From assembly GCA_963814585.1 (NCBI GenBank), contig CAWFDF010000009.1, forward strand, positions 1-64,000: a stretch of 64,000 nucleotides of DNA, given 5' to 3'. The DNA is from an uncultured delta proteobacterium (GTDB taxonomy: Bacteria > Myxococcota > Myxococcia > Myxococcales > Anaeromyxobacteraceae). Below are positions 21,329-29,394 of the stretch, in pieces; position 1 is the first letter of the stretch; each line of letters opens with the position of its first letter. The notes under the pieces were generated by a model. It had not been told where the DNA came from and searched no databases. It saw nothing but the letters and a program-made list of their open reading frames with translations. A program made the translations under genes and the position numbers.

Positions 21329-22557
21329 GAGGCGCGCCCGGCGGCGAGCCGGAGTCGCGCCACCGGGACCTCGCGGATGGGGACGTTGAGCAGGGCGGCG
21401 AGGACCGCCAGCGCCACCGAGAGCCACCAGACCAGGTCGTAGCTGCCGGTCAGCACGTAGAGGCGCCCGCCGAGCCAGCCGCCCAGGAAGGCGCCGACCT
21501 GGTGGAAGAAGAAGGCGATGCCGCCGAGCATGGCCAGGTTCTCCACGCCGAACAGGGTCACGATGATCCCGTTGGTGGGAGGCACCGTCGAGAGCCAGAG
21601 CAGCCCCATGGCGGCCCCGAAGAGCCAGGCCGAGCCCTCCGTCACCGGGGCCAGCACGAAGGCCGTGATGACCACCGCGCGGGCCGCGTAGATGCCGACC
21701 AGCAGGCGGGGCTTGTCGAAGCGGCCGCCGAGGAGCCCCGAGACCCATGACCCGGCGACGTTGAAGAGCCCCACCAGGGCGAGGACCACCGCGCCGGTCC
21801 TGCTGTCGAGCCCCCGGTCGGTGAGGAAGGCCGGCAGGTGGGTGGCGATGAAGACCACGTGGAAGCCGCAGACGAAGAAGCCGAAGCAGAGCAGCCAGAA
21901 GCCGCGGTGGCCGAGCGCCTCGCCGAGCACGTCGCGCAGGCTCCGGGCCGGCGAGCGCGGGGTGGCGGCCGCCGGCGCCTCGGTGAGCGCCAGCGCCAGC
22001 GGCGCCATGAGCAGGCCGAACGCCGCGAAGGCCAGCAGCGTGGTGGCGCTGCCGAAGGCGTCGATGGCGTGGAGGGCGCCGGGCAGGAAGGCGAACTGGC
22101 CGAGCGATCCGACCGCCATGGCGACGCCCATGGCCATGCTGCGGCGCTCCGGCGGGGTGGAGCGGACGATGGCGCCGAAGACCACCGGCATGGTGGTCCC
22201 GGAGAGCCCGAGCCCGATGATCAGGCCGGCCGAGACGGCCAGCGCCGTGCCGGTCCTCGACCAGGCCATCAGCACCAGCCCGGCGACGTAGAGGACGCTG
22301 CCCCCCAGGATCACCCGCCCGGCGCCGAGGCGGTCGGCGAGCCGGCCGGCGAACGGCTGGGCCGCGCCCCAGATCAGGTTCTGCAGCGCGATGGCGAAGG
22401 CGAAGACCTCGCGCGTCCAGGCGTTCTCCTTCGACATGGGGGCGAGGAAGAGGCCGAAGGTGTGACGCATGCCGAGGGAGACGGCGAGGAGCACGGCCCC
22501 CGACGCGAGGACCACGGCGGGGGTCCGCCAGCCGGCTCTTCCGGTGGGAACGGACAT
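21325..22557 (-). CDS. MFS transporter
   Basis: About 12 hydrophobic segments, GRLADRLG motif A, GFFVCGFHV, HQVGAFLG. Confidence 0.92.
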   Translation of the reverse strand: MSVPTGRAGWRTPAVVLASGAVLLAVSLGMRHTFGLFLAPMSKENAWTREVFAFAIALQNLIWGAAQPFAGRLADRLGAGRVILGGSVLYVAGLVLMAWSRTGTALAVSAGLIIGLGLSGTTMPVVFGAIVRSTPPERRSMAMGVAMAVGSLGQFAFLPGALHAIDAFGSATTLLAFAAFGLLMAPLALALTEAPAAATPRSPARSLRDVLGEALGHRGFWLLCFGFFVCGFHVVFIATHLPAFLTDRGLDSRTGAVVLALVGLFNVAGSWVSGLLGGRFDKPRLLVGIYAARAVVITAFVLAPVTEGSAWLFGAAMGLLWLSTVPPTNGIIVTLFGVENLAMLGGIAFFFHQVGAFLGGWLGGRLYVLTGSYDLVWWLSVALAVLAALLNVPIREVPVARLRLAAGRAS

Positions 22558-22654
22558 GGTCGACCGCATATACCCGCATCGGCCGCGACTGGCCACGAAT
22601 CCTGGGCCGGCGCCGGCTGGGGCCCGGCGAGGCTCCGGGTCGACCCCCCTCCCG

Positions 22655-23119
22655 TCATCCGCCCGGTCGAGGCTCCGGCACGGCCCCCCCGGCGCCGGCA
22701 CCCCGCTCGCGGAGCAGGGTCACCACCTCGCCCCGCCCGAACATGGCGGCGAACACGAGCGGCGTCCGGCCGATCGGCCCCGCGCCGTCGACCGCCGCGC
22801 CGGCGTCGAGCAGCAGCCTGACGATGCGGACGTCGCCCTTGAAGGCGGCCCCGGCCAGCGGGGCCTGGCCGCGGTCGTTGGCCAGGTCGGGGTCGGCGCC
22901 GCGCTCGAGGAGCAGCGCGGTGGCCGCGGCGTGGCCGTGGTAGGCGGCCAGCATGAGCAGGCTGTCCCCCTTCTCGTTGCGGACGTCGGGTGGGAGGCCG
23001 AGGTCGAGGAGCCGGGCCAGCCCGGGGGCGTCGCCGCTGCGGGCGGCCTGGAAGGCGGCCTGGGCCACGGCCAGCGCCTCGGGGTCCAGCGTGGTCGGGG
23101 AGCCGTCGGTGGTCGTCAT
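22655..23119 (-). CDS. Ankyrin-repeat protein (catalase-associated)
   Basis: GDSLLMLAAYHGH, GQAPLAGAAFKG, GRTPLVFAAMFG repeats; directly downstream of catalase. Confidence 0.88.
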   Translation of the reverse strand: MTTTDGSPTTLDPEALAVAQAAFQAARSGDAPGLARLLDLGLPPDVRNEKGDSLLMLAAYHGHAAATALLLERGADPDLANDRGQAPLAGAAFKGDVRIVRLLLDAGAAVDGAGPIGRTPLVFAAMFGRGEVVTLLRERGAGAGGAVPEPRPGG

Positions 23120-23133
23120 GGTCGTTCCTCCGC

Positions 23134-24600
23134 TCACCGGCGGAGCGCGGCCACCGCCTCGGCGAGGCGCGCCCCGTACTCGGGGTCGGCCCGGCGGAAG
23201 TGGGCGATGGAGCGCTCGATGACGTCGGGCCTGGTGACCCTGGACAGGCTGCCGGCGAGGTTGGCGATGAGCCGGTCCCGCTCGTCCGGCCTCATGACGC
23301 GGTAGAGCGCCCCGGCCTGGACGTAGTCGTCGTCCTCGGCGTGGCGCACCGGCGCCGCCGGGCCGGTGGTCCCGGTGACGGCGAGGCCGTGCTGGTACCG
23401 CTCCCCGGTCTCGACCGGGCCGCCGGTGCCGTTGGGCTCGTAGTTGCTGGAGCGCCCGCCGTTGTCCCCGAGGGCCATGAAGCCGTCGCGCCCGTAGGTG
23501 CGCGCGCCCCCGGCCACGCCCTTGGGCGAGTTGACCGGCAGCTGGCCGGCGTTGATGCCGAGCCGGTAGCGGTGGGCGTCGCCGTAGGCGAAGAGGCGGG
23601 CCTGCAGCATCCTGTCGGGCGACGGGCCGATGCCGGGCACGAAGGCGGCCGGGTCGAAGGCCGACTGCTCCACCTCGGCGAAGTAGTTGTCGGGCACCCG
23701 ATCCAGCACCAGCTTGCCGATGGGGATGAGCGGGTAGTCCCGGTGGGGCCAGACCTTGGTGAGGTCGAATGGGTCGAAGCGGTAGCCGGCCGCGTCCTGC
23801 TCGGGCATGACCTGCACCTGGAGCGTCCAGGAGGGGAACTCGCCCCGGCCGATGGCGGCGTACAGGTCGGCCTGGTGGTGGGCCGGGTCCTGGCCGCCGA
23901 TCCGCGCCGCCTCTTCGCTGGTGAGGCAGCGGATCCCCTGGTCGGTCTTGAAGTGGAACTTCACCCAGGAGCGCACCCCGGCGGCATTGACCCACTGGAA
24001 GGTGTGGGAGCCGAAGCCGTCCATGTGGCGGAGGCTGGCGGGGATGCCGCGGTCGCCGAAGAGCCAGGTGAACTGGTGGGTGGCCTCGGGGGACCAGGAG
24101 AAGAAGTCCCAGACGTTGTCCGGCTCCTGGCGGTTGGTGAACGGGTCGTACTTCTGCGAGTGGATGAAGTCGGGGAACTTGATGCCGTCGCGGAGGAAGA
24201 AGATCGGGGTGTTGTTGCCGACCAGGTCCCAGTTGCCGTCCTCGGTGTAGAACTTGAGCGCGAAGCCGCGGGGATCGCGGGCGGTGTCGGCGGCGCCCTT
24301 CGACCCGGCCACCGTGGAGAAGCGCGCGAAGGCCGGCGTGCGCTTCCCCACCTTCGAGAAGACCTTCATGCTGGTCCAGCGCGAGACCTCCGGGCTGGTG
24401 ACCTCCAGGTACCCGTAGGCGCCGCTGGCCACGGCGTGGACGATCCGCTCGGGGATCCGCTCCCGGTTGAAGCGGGCCAGCTTCTCGAGGAGGTGGTGGT
24501 CCTGCAGCAGCACCGGGCCGGTCGGCCCGGCGGTCTGGGAGTGCTGGTTGTCGGCGACCGGCGCGCCGGCCTCGGTGGTCAGGGTGGGACGCGTGCTCAT
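23134..24600 (-). CDS. katA: Monofunctional heme catalase (small subunit)
   Basis: FNRERIPERIVH, RDPRGFA, RLFAYGDAH proximal Tyr motif. Confidence 0.95.
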   Translation of the reverse strand: MSTRPTLTTEAGAPVADNQHSQTAGPTGPVLLQDHHLLEKLARFNRERIPERIVHAVASGAYGYLEVTSPEVSRWTSMKVFSKVGKRTPAFARFSTVAGSKGAADTARDPRGFALKFYTEDGNWDLVGNNTPIFFLRDGIKFPDFIHSQKYDPFTNRQEPDNVWDFFSWSPEATHQFTWLFGDRGIPASLRHMDGFGSHTFQWVNAAGVRSWVKFHFKTDQGIRCLTSEEAARIGGQDPAHHQADLYAAIGRGEFPSWTLQVQVMPEQDAAGYRFDPFDLTKVWPHRDYPLIPIGKLVLDRVPDNYFAEVEQSAFDPAAFVPGIGPSPDRMLQARLFAYGDAHRYRLGINAGQLPVNSPKGVAGGARTYGRDGFMALGDNGGRSSNYEPNGTGGPVETGERYQHGLAVTGTTGPAAPVRHAEDDDYVQAGALYRVMRPDERDRLIANLAGSLSRVTRPDVIERSIAHFRRADPEYGARLAEAVAALRR

Positions 24601-24670
24601 GGCTGGCTCCTGGCCGGGTCCGGGGGAGGTGTGTCCGGTCCCAGCGAGGGGAGGATGGCTCCGGCCGACT

Positions 24671-24717
24671 GATAGCGCCAAGACAAGTATTGTATGAGTG
24701 TGATAGGTGCTGACTAT
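24671..24717. promoter_or_regulatory. OxyR operator between katA and oxyR
   Basis: ATAG-N7-CTAT at 24703-24717 and a second ATAG at 24672, in an AT-rich spacer. Confidence 0.7.
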
Positions 24718-25621
24718 GAATGCCCATCCCTTCTCGCTGCGCCAGCTCCAGTACGCCGTGGCCGTGGCCGAGACCGGCGGCTTCCGCCGCGCCGCCGAGC
24801 GGTGCCACGTCTCGCAGCCCTCGCTGAGCGCCCAGCTGGCCCAGCTGGAGTCGGTGCTGGGCGTCCGGCTCTTCGAGCGCGACCGCCGGCGGGTCCTGCC
24901 CACTGTGGCCGGCGAGGCGCTGGTGGCCCGGGCCCGGCGCGTGATCGTCGACGCCGACGACCTGGCCGCCGCCGCCGCCCAGCTCGGCGATCCGCTGGCC
25001 GGCTCGCTCGACCTGGGGGTCATCCCCACCGTCTCGCCCTACCTGCTCCCGGACGCGACCCCGGCGCTCCGCGCCTCCTGCCCGCGCCTCTCGATCCGCT
25101 GGACCGAGGACCGGACCGACGGCCTGCTGGCGTCGCTGCGGGAGGGGCGGCTGGACGGCGTGCTGCTGGCCAGGGTGGCCGGGCTGGGCGACCTGGAGAC
25201 CGCCACCGTCGCCGAGGACCCGTTCGTGCTGGCGGTTCCCCACGGCCACCCGCTGGCCCGGGGCCGGCGGCCGGCGAGGCTGGCCGACCTGGAGGGCGAG
25301 ACGGCGCTGCTCCTCGAGGACGGCCACTGCCTGCGAGACCAGGCGCTGGCCCTCTGCACGCGGTTCAAGGTCCAGGAGGCCGACTTCCGCGCCACCAGCC
25401 TCACCACGCTGGTCCAGATGGTCCTCGGCGGCGCCGGCGTGACCTTGCTGCCGGCCATGGCCCTCCCGGTCGAGAACCGGGGTGGCGCGCTGGCGGTCCG
25501 GAAGTTCCAGGCCCCTTCACCGGGGCGCACCATCCTGCTGGCCTGGCGCCGGCAGACGTCCCGCGCGCCCGCGCTCCAGCGGGTGGTCGCGGCGCTGCGT
25601 GAGTCCGCCCGGCGCCCGTAG
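24716..25621 (+). CDS. oxyR: Hydrogen peroxide sensor OxyR (LysR family)
   Basis: HTH CHVSQPSLS; EDGHCLRDQALALC has both redox cysteines; ATSLTTL; divergent from catalase. Confidence 0.9.
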   Translation: MNAHPFSLRQLQYAVAVAETGGFRRAAERCHVSQPSLSAQLAQLESVLGVRLFERDRRRVLPTVAGEALVARARRVIVDADDLAAAAAQLGDPLAGSLDLGVIPTVSPYLLPDATPALRASCPRLSIRWTEDRTDGLLASLREGRLDGVLLARVAGLGDLETATVAEDPFVLAVPHGHPLARGRRPARLADLEGETALLLEDGHCLRDQALALCTRFKVQEADFRATSLTTLVQMVLGGAGVTLLPAMALPVENRGGALAVRKFQAPSPGRTILLAWRRQTSRAPALQRVVAALRESARRP

Positions 25622-25637
25622 CGCCCCGCACGCCGGC

Positions 25638-26252
25638 TCAGACCTCCAGGAACCGCACCCGGCCGGTGCCGATCTCGTACACGGCGCCGACCAGGCGCAT
25701 GACGCCCTCGGCGAGCCTGGCCTGGCCCTCCGGTGACTCCTGCAAGGCCTTCACGGTCCAGCGGACGTTGGCCTCCACCGCCGCCCGCACCAGCTCCTCG
25801 TGGGGCAGGCCCCCGTCGAGGCCGTCGAGCGCGGGGAGGATGTTCTCGAGGAGCGCCTGGATGCGGCTGCGCTGCCTGACGCCGCGCAGCTTGAAGGCCA
25901 GGGCCGCCTCGATGGCGCCGCACCCCTCGTGGCCCATGACCACGAAGAGCGGCGTGTGCAGGTGGGCGCCGGCGTACTGCAGGCTGCCGGCGATGGCGGG
26001 ACCGAGGACGTTGCCGGCGACGCGGATGATGAAGAGCTCGCCGAAGCCGGCGTCGAAGAGCAGCTCGGGCGGCACGCGGCTGTCGCTGCAGCCGAGGACG
26101 GTGGCGTAGGGCTGCTGTCCCCTGGCCAGCTTCGCCAGCACCTCCTTCTGCACGGTGGGGAAGCGGGCCTTCCCGGCCAGGAAGCGCTGGTTCCCGCGCT
26201 GGAGCCGCGACAGCGCCTGGTCGGCGGTGAGGCCGGGGCCGGTGGAGGTCAC
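25638..26252 (-). CDS. Beta-class carbonic anhydrase
   Basis: GNQRF, GCSDSRV, RVAGN, GHEGCGAI zinc ligands. Confidence 0.92.
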   Translation of the reverse strand: MTSTGPGLTADQALSRLQRGNQRFLAGKARFPTVQKEVLAKLARGQQPYATVLGCSDSRVPPELLFDAGFGELFIIRVAGNVLGPAIAGSLQYAGAHLHTPLFVVMGHEGCGAIEAALAFKLRGVRQRSRIQALLENILPALDGLDGGLPHEELVRAAVEANVRWTVKALQESPEGQARLAEGVMRLVGAVYEIGTGRVRFLEV

Positions 26253-27025
26253 CGCATGCCCCGGCGGACGTCCACCAGCACCTGGTCGAAGGCGTCGACG
26301 CGGATGAGGCCGAGGCGCGGGTACTCGAAGTCGAGGATGACGTAGACGCAGAGGGCCATGACCGTGGCGAAGGCCAGCATGTGGAGCCACTCGGGGTGGG
26401 CCGAGCCGGCCATGGCGAGGCCGGCCAGCAGGGCGCAGGCCAGCGCCAGCGCGAAGAGGAGCGCGAAGACGACGCCGGGCGGGTGCATGCGCGCCGCGAA
26501 GGTGCGCGTGGTGGTGATGTCGAACATGTCGTTGAGCGCGGGCAGCACCAGCGTGGTGGTGCCCGGGTCGCCCTTGGCCGCGCAGCCGGCCACGGCCCGG
26601 TTCCAGATCTCCCCCTGCAGCGCGGCCGAGCGCTGGAGCTCGGCCTCCACGGCGGCCAGGTCCGGGATGAGCCGGTAGGCCTCCAGGCGCGAGTCGAGGT
26701 AGGCGCGGAAGAGGGGGCGCAGCGCCGGCTGGTCCGCGGCCGGCAGGAGGTCGAGGCGCAGCCAGGCCGTGCCGACGTCGTTGGCCTCCTCGACGACCAG
26801 CTGCCGGCGCGCGTCGAAGCGGGCGGCGGCCCCGGAGAAGGTGAAGGCCAGCAGCAGGCCGAGCAGGGCGAAGACGGCGGCGCTCACCGCGCCGGCTCCG
26901 GCGCTGCCGCCGTCCGGGCCGATGGAGCTCCGTCGCCGGCCGAGGCGGCGCCCGGCCTCCATCAGCACCAGCATGGAGACGAGGAGGCCGATGCAGGCGA
27001 CGCCGGCGAGGGCTGCGGGGCTCAT
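26249..27025 (-). CDS. DUF4239 / bestrophin-like membrane protein
   Basis: LLGLLLAFTF..A..RFD.RR..V.EEAN.VGTA.LR and ILDFEYPR.G.I.VD motifs; four hydrophobic segments. Confidence 0.75.
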   Translation of the reverse strand: MSPAALAGVACIGLLVSMLVLMEAGRRLGRRRSSIGPDGGSAGAGAVSAAVFALLGLLLAFTFSGAAARFDARRQLVVEEANDVGTAWLRLDLLPAADQPALRPLFRAYLDSRLEAYRLIPDLAAVEAELQRSAALQGEIWNRAVAGCAAKGDPGTTTLVLPALNDMFDITTTRTFAARMHPPGVVFALLFALALACALLAGLAMAGSAHPEWLHMLAFATVMALCVYVILDFEYPRLGLIRVDAFDQVLVDVRRGMR

Positions 27026-27138
27026 GGGGCCGGATGATGGCACCGGTGGTGGACCCGTTCAACGATCCTCGTGGCGCGTTCCTCGTGACGGGCCGCGGCC
27101 CCGTCCGCGCTGGCCGCACCGACGGCCCCGGCCACGCT

Positions 27139-27594
27139 TCAGTCCGCCAGGCCCGCGCGACCCCGCACGGTCATCATGGTGGCCTGCATGAGGGCCACGG
27201 CCTTGCGGTCGCCGCCGTGGACCGCCTCCACGTCGCCGCTGCAGACCGTCACCGTGCGCCCCGGCTTCACCACCCGCCCGGTGGCGATGAAGAGCTCGCC
27301 CTGGCCCGGCGCCAGCAGGTTCACCTTGAACTCGATGCTGAGCACGGCGACGCCGGCCGGCATCAGCGTGAGCGCGGCGTAGCCGCAGGCCGTGTCCACC
27401 ACCGCCGTGGCGATGCCGGCGTGCAGGAAGCCGTGCTGCTGGGAGAGCTCGGGCCGGAACGGCAGGTGGATCTCGACCTCCCCGGGCGCCACCCGCCCCA
27501 GCGTGGCACCCAGCGTGACCAGCGCCCCCTGCCGGGCGAAGCTCCTGCGGACGCGCGCCTCGAAGTCGGGGTCCTGCGGCTCGAAGGAGTGCAT
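27139..27594 (-). CDS. PaaI-family hotdog thioesterase
   Basis: QQHGFLHAG..D.ACGYAA, EFKVNLL.P. Confidence 0.88.
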   Translation of the reverse strand: MHSFEPQDPDFEARVRRSFARQGALVTLGATLGRVAPGEVEIHLPFRPELSQQHGFLHAGIATAVVDTACGYAALTLMPAGVAVLSIEFKVNLLAPGQGELFIATGRVVKPGRTVTVCSGDVEAVHGGDRKAVALMQATMMTVRGRAGLAD

Positions 27595-27723
27595 CCCGGA
27601 CCCATAGCGCGGCCCCGGGCAACGAGCCAGGTGCGCGGGTATCGCCCGCAGCGCGCCGCCCGCGTCGCGGTCGTGGTCCCGGTCGCGAGCCGGGACGGCC
27701 GGCGACCCACCCGGCCCGTTCCG

Positions 27724-27885
27724 TCAGGTGCGCAGCTCGGCTGGCGACTGCGGCGAGGCCGGGCCGAGACGAGCGGTGTCGAACATGAAGCCGCCCAGCA
27801 GGGCCAGGAACGTGGCCACCACCACCACCGCGCCGACTGGGCGCTTTCGGGACCTGACGCGGTTGAAGCTCGGGACGTAGGACAT
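27724..27885 (-). CDS. 53 aa single-TM microprotein
   Basis: G-rich RBS; basic N-terminus then VGAVVVVATFLALLGGFMF. Confidence 0.5.
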   Translation of the reverse strand: MSYVPSFNRVRSRKRPVGAVVVVATFLALLGGFMFDTARLGPASPQSPAELRT

Positions 27886-27967
27886 GGAGCACCCCCCAGG
27901 AGAAGCCCGGCCCCGCTGGCCGCGTCGCCTCCCGCGGTCGAGATCCACCTCGCATCGAGATGTGACG

Positions 27968-28576
27968 TCAGTGGGAGAGCAGGCCGTTGGCCCGGGCGGT
28001 CCTGGCCAGCTTCTCCTTGAGCCGCTCGAAGCGCTTGCGCAGCGCGGCACAGCCGGCGGCGTCATCGCTCTCGCCCATGGCCACGGCCACCTCCCGCCAG
28101 GAGAGCTCGCGATCGACGCGGAGCACCAGCAGCGACTTCTCGTCCGGTTCCAGGGTGGCGCGCAGCCGGTCCAGGCCGTCCTGCTGCTGGTCCCGCTTTC
28201 CGTGCGAGGAGTTCACCACGGCCGCCGCCAGCTTCGAGGCGGCGCTGGCGGGGAGGTGGCAGCGGCGGCGGTGCCACGGATCACGGAAGACGCGCGCGGC
28301 CGCGCTCCAGGCCACCCGGTAGGCCCAGGCGCGAGCGCTGGCCCGTCCCTCCCAGGTGGGGAAGCCGAGCCAGACGTGCTCGGCGAAGAGGGCGAAGGCG
28401 TCCTCGGCCTCCTCGGGGTCCTTGACCACCACCCGCAAGTACCCGAGCACCTGGGGACCGTACCCCTGGACCACGGCGGTGGCCGCCGACTGGAAGTCGC
28501 CCCTGGCCACGGCCTCGGCCACGAGGGCCTCGGTCTCGGGGCTCGGCCCGGCGCCTGGCCTCGTGGTGGCCGCCAT
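27968..28576 (-). CDS. ECF-type sigma-70 factor
   Basis: Region 2 (YG..VLGYL..AEDAF..W..ARAWAY) and region 4 (LLVLRVDRELSWREVA..ALRKRFERLK). Confidence 0.82.
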   Translation of the reverse strand: MAATTRPGAGPSPETEALVAEAVARGDFQSAATAVVQGYGPQVLGYLRVVVKDPEEAEDAFALFAEHVWLGFPTWEGRASARAWAYRVAWSAAARVFRDPWHRRRCHLPASAASKLAAAVVNSSHGKRDQQQDGLDRLRATLEPDEKSLLVLRVDRELSWREVAVAMGESDDAAGCAALRKRFERLKEKLARTARANGLLSH

Positions 28577-28767
28577 CAGGCGGATCCGCGCACGGTCAGC
28601 CCGTCGTGGACCAGCCGGCCGTCGATCCCGCTGGGCTGTGGCTGCAGCCGCCGCCCCGCCTCCATCGCGGCGCTGGCGAAGAGCAGCAGGCTGACGACGA
28701 CCGCGAGCAGCGCCCGGAAGAAGCGCCACGCCGGAAGCCACCACCCGAGGCGAACGATGGTGATCAT
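28576..28767 (-). CDS. 63 aa single-TM microprotein coupled to the ECF sigma
   Basis: TGATG stop/start overlap with sigma; G-rich RBS; ALLAVVVSLLLFASAAM hydrophobic segment. Confidence 0.5.
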   Translation of the reverse strand: MITIVRLGWWLPAWRFFRALLAVVVSLLLFASAAMEAGRRLQPQPSGIDGRLVHDGLTVRGSA

Positions 28768-28941
28768 CGGGTTCCCCCCTGCCTGATGAGAAGATCCAGG
28801 GAGCGCCCCCTTGTGACGGTCCGGGCAGGTGCCCCGGTGTCGCCCCTCCATGGAGGCAAGCCCTCGGCCGGTGGTCCAGGACGGCGCGGCCGCCCGGGCG
28901 CGATATCCCCGAACAGGGGAATCATCCGGGCGGCTCCGTGC

Positions 28942-29187
28942 TCAGGCGGCCGGCGCTCCGACTGCGCTCAGGTAGGGGAGCCCGTCCATTCGCTGCAGCT
29001 CGAAGTAGCCGTGCCGCTCGCCCCACTCCGCCCAGGGCAGCACCTCGCCGCGAACCCAGACCGCCGAGTGGCCGGGGACCCCCAGCTGCCGGCGCTGCTT
29101 CCGGCACCACGCCAGCCGGGCCAGGGGGTTGAAGGGCGAGCCGAAGAGCTGGCCTCGCGCCGCCGCGAGAAGTTCTGACAGGTTCAT
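28942..29187 (-). CDS. Hypothetical protein (81 aa)
   Basis: ORF from ATG 29187 with purine-rich upstream sequence. Confidence 0.4.
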   Translation of the reverse strand: MNLSELLAAARGQLFGSPFNPLARLAWCRKQRRQLGVPGHSAVWVRGEVLPWAEWGERHGYFELQRMDGLPYLSAVGAPAA

Positions 29188-29394
29188 TGGTGTTCGACGT
29201 CCTTTCCAGGACCAACACCATGGAGCCGGCACGTCACGGGGCTCACACGGCAATCGCGTCTTCGGGGTTGCCTCCGACGGGCTCCTGGCCATGCGACGCG
29301 GCCCGGCAGCCGGCCGGTGCGGCTGCTATAAGGGGCGGAGAGCCAGCCCCCCCATCGCCCCCGATGACGCGCTGACATCCCCCTGGGAGGTTGC

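Noticed and set aside
22655..25327. Long Arg/Pro/Gly/Ala-rich ORFs (this 890 aa one and similar ones at 31098, 57675, 58148)
   Set aside because: Shadow frames of real genes caused by stop-codon scarcity at very high GC; only embedded parts such as the ankyrin gene are real
22655..25621. OxyR-catalase-ankyrin as a novel system
   Set aside because: Well-known oxidative stress arrangement
28783..28810. CTGATGA as a hammerhead ribozyme core
   Set aside because: No stem II plus GAAA and no closing stems found
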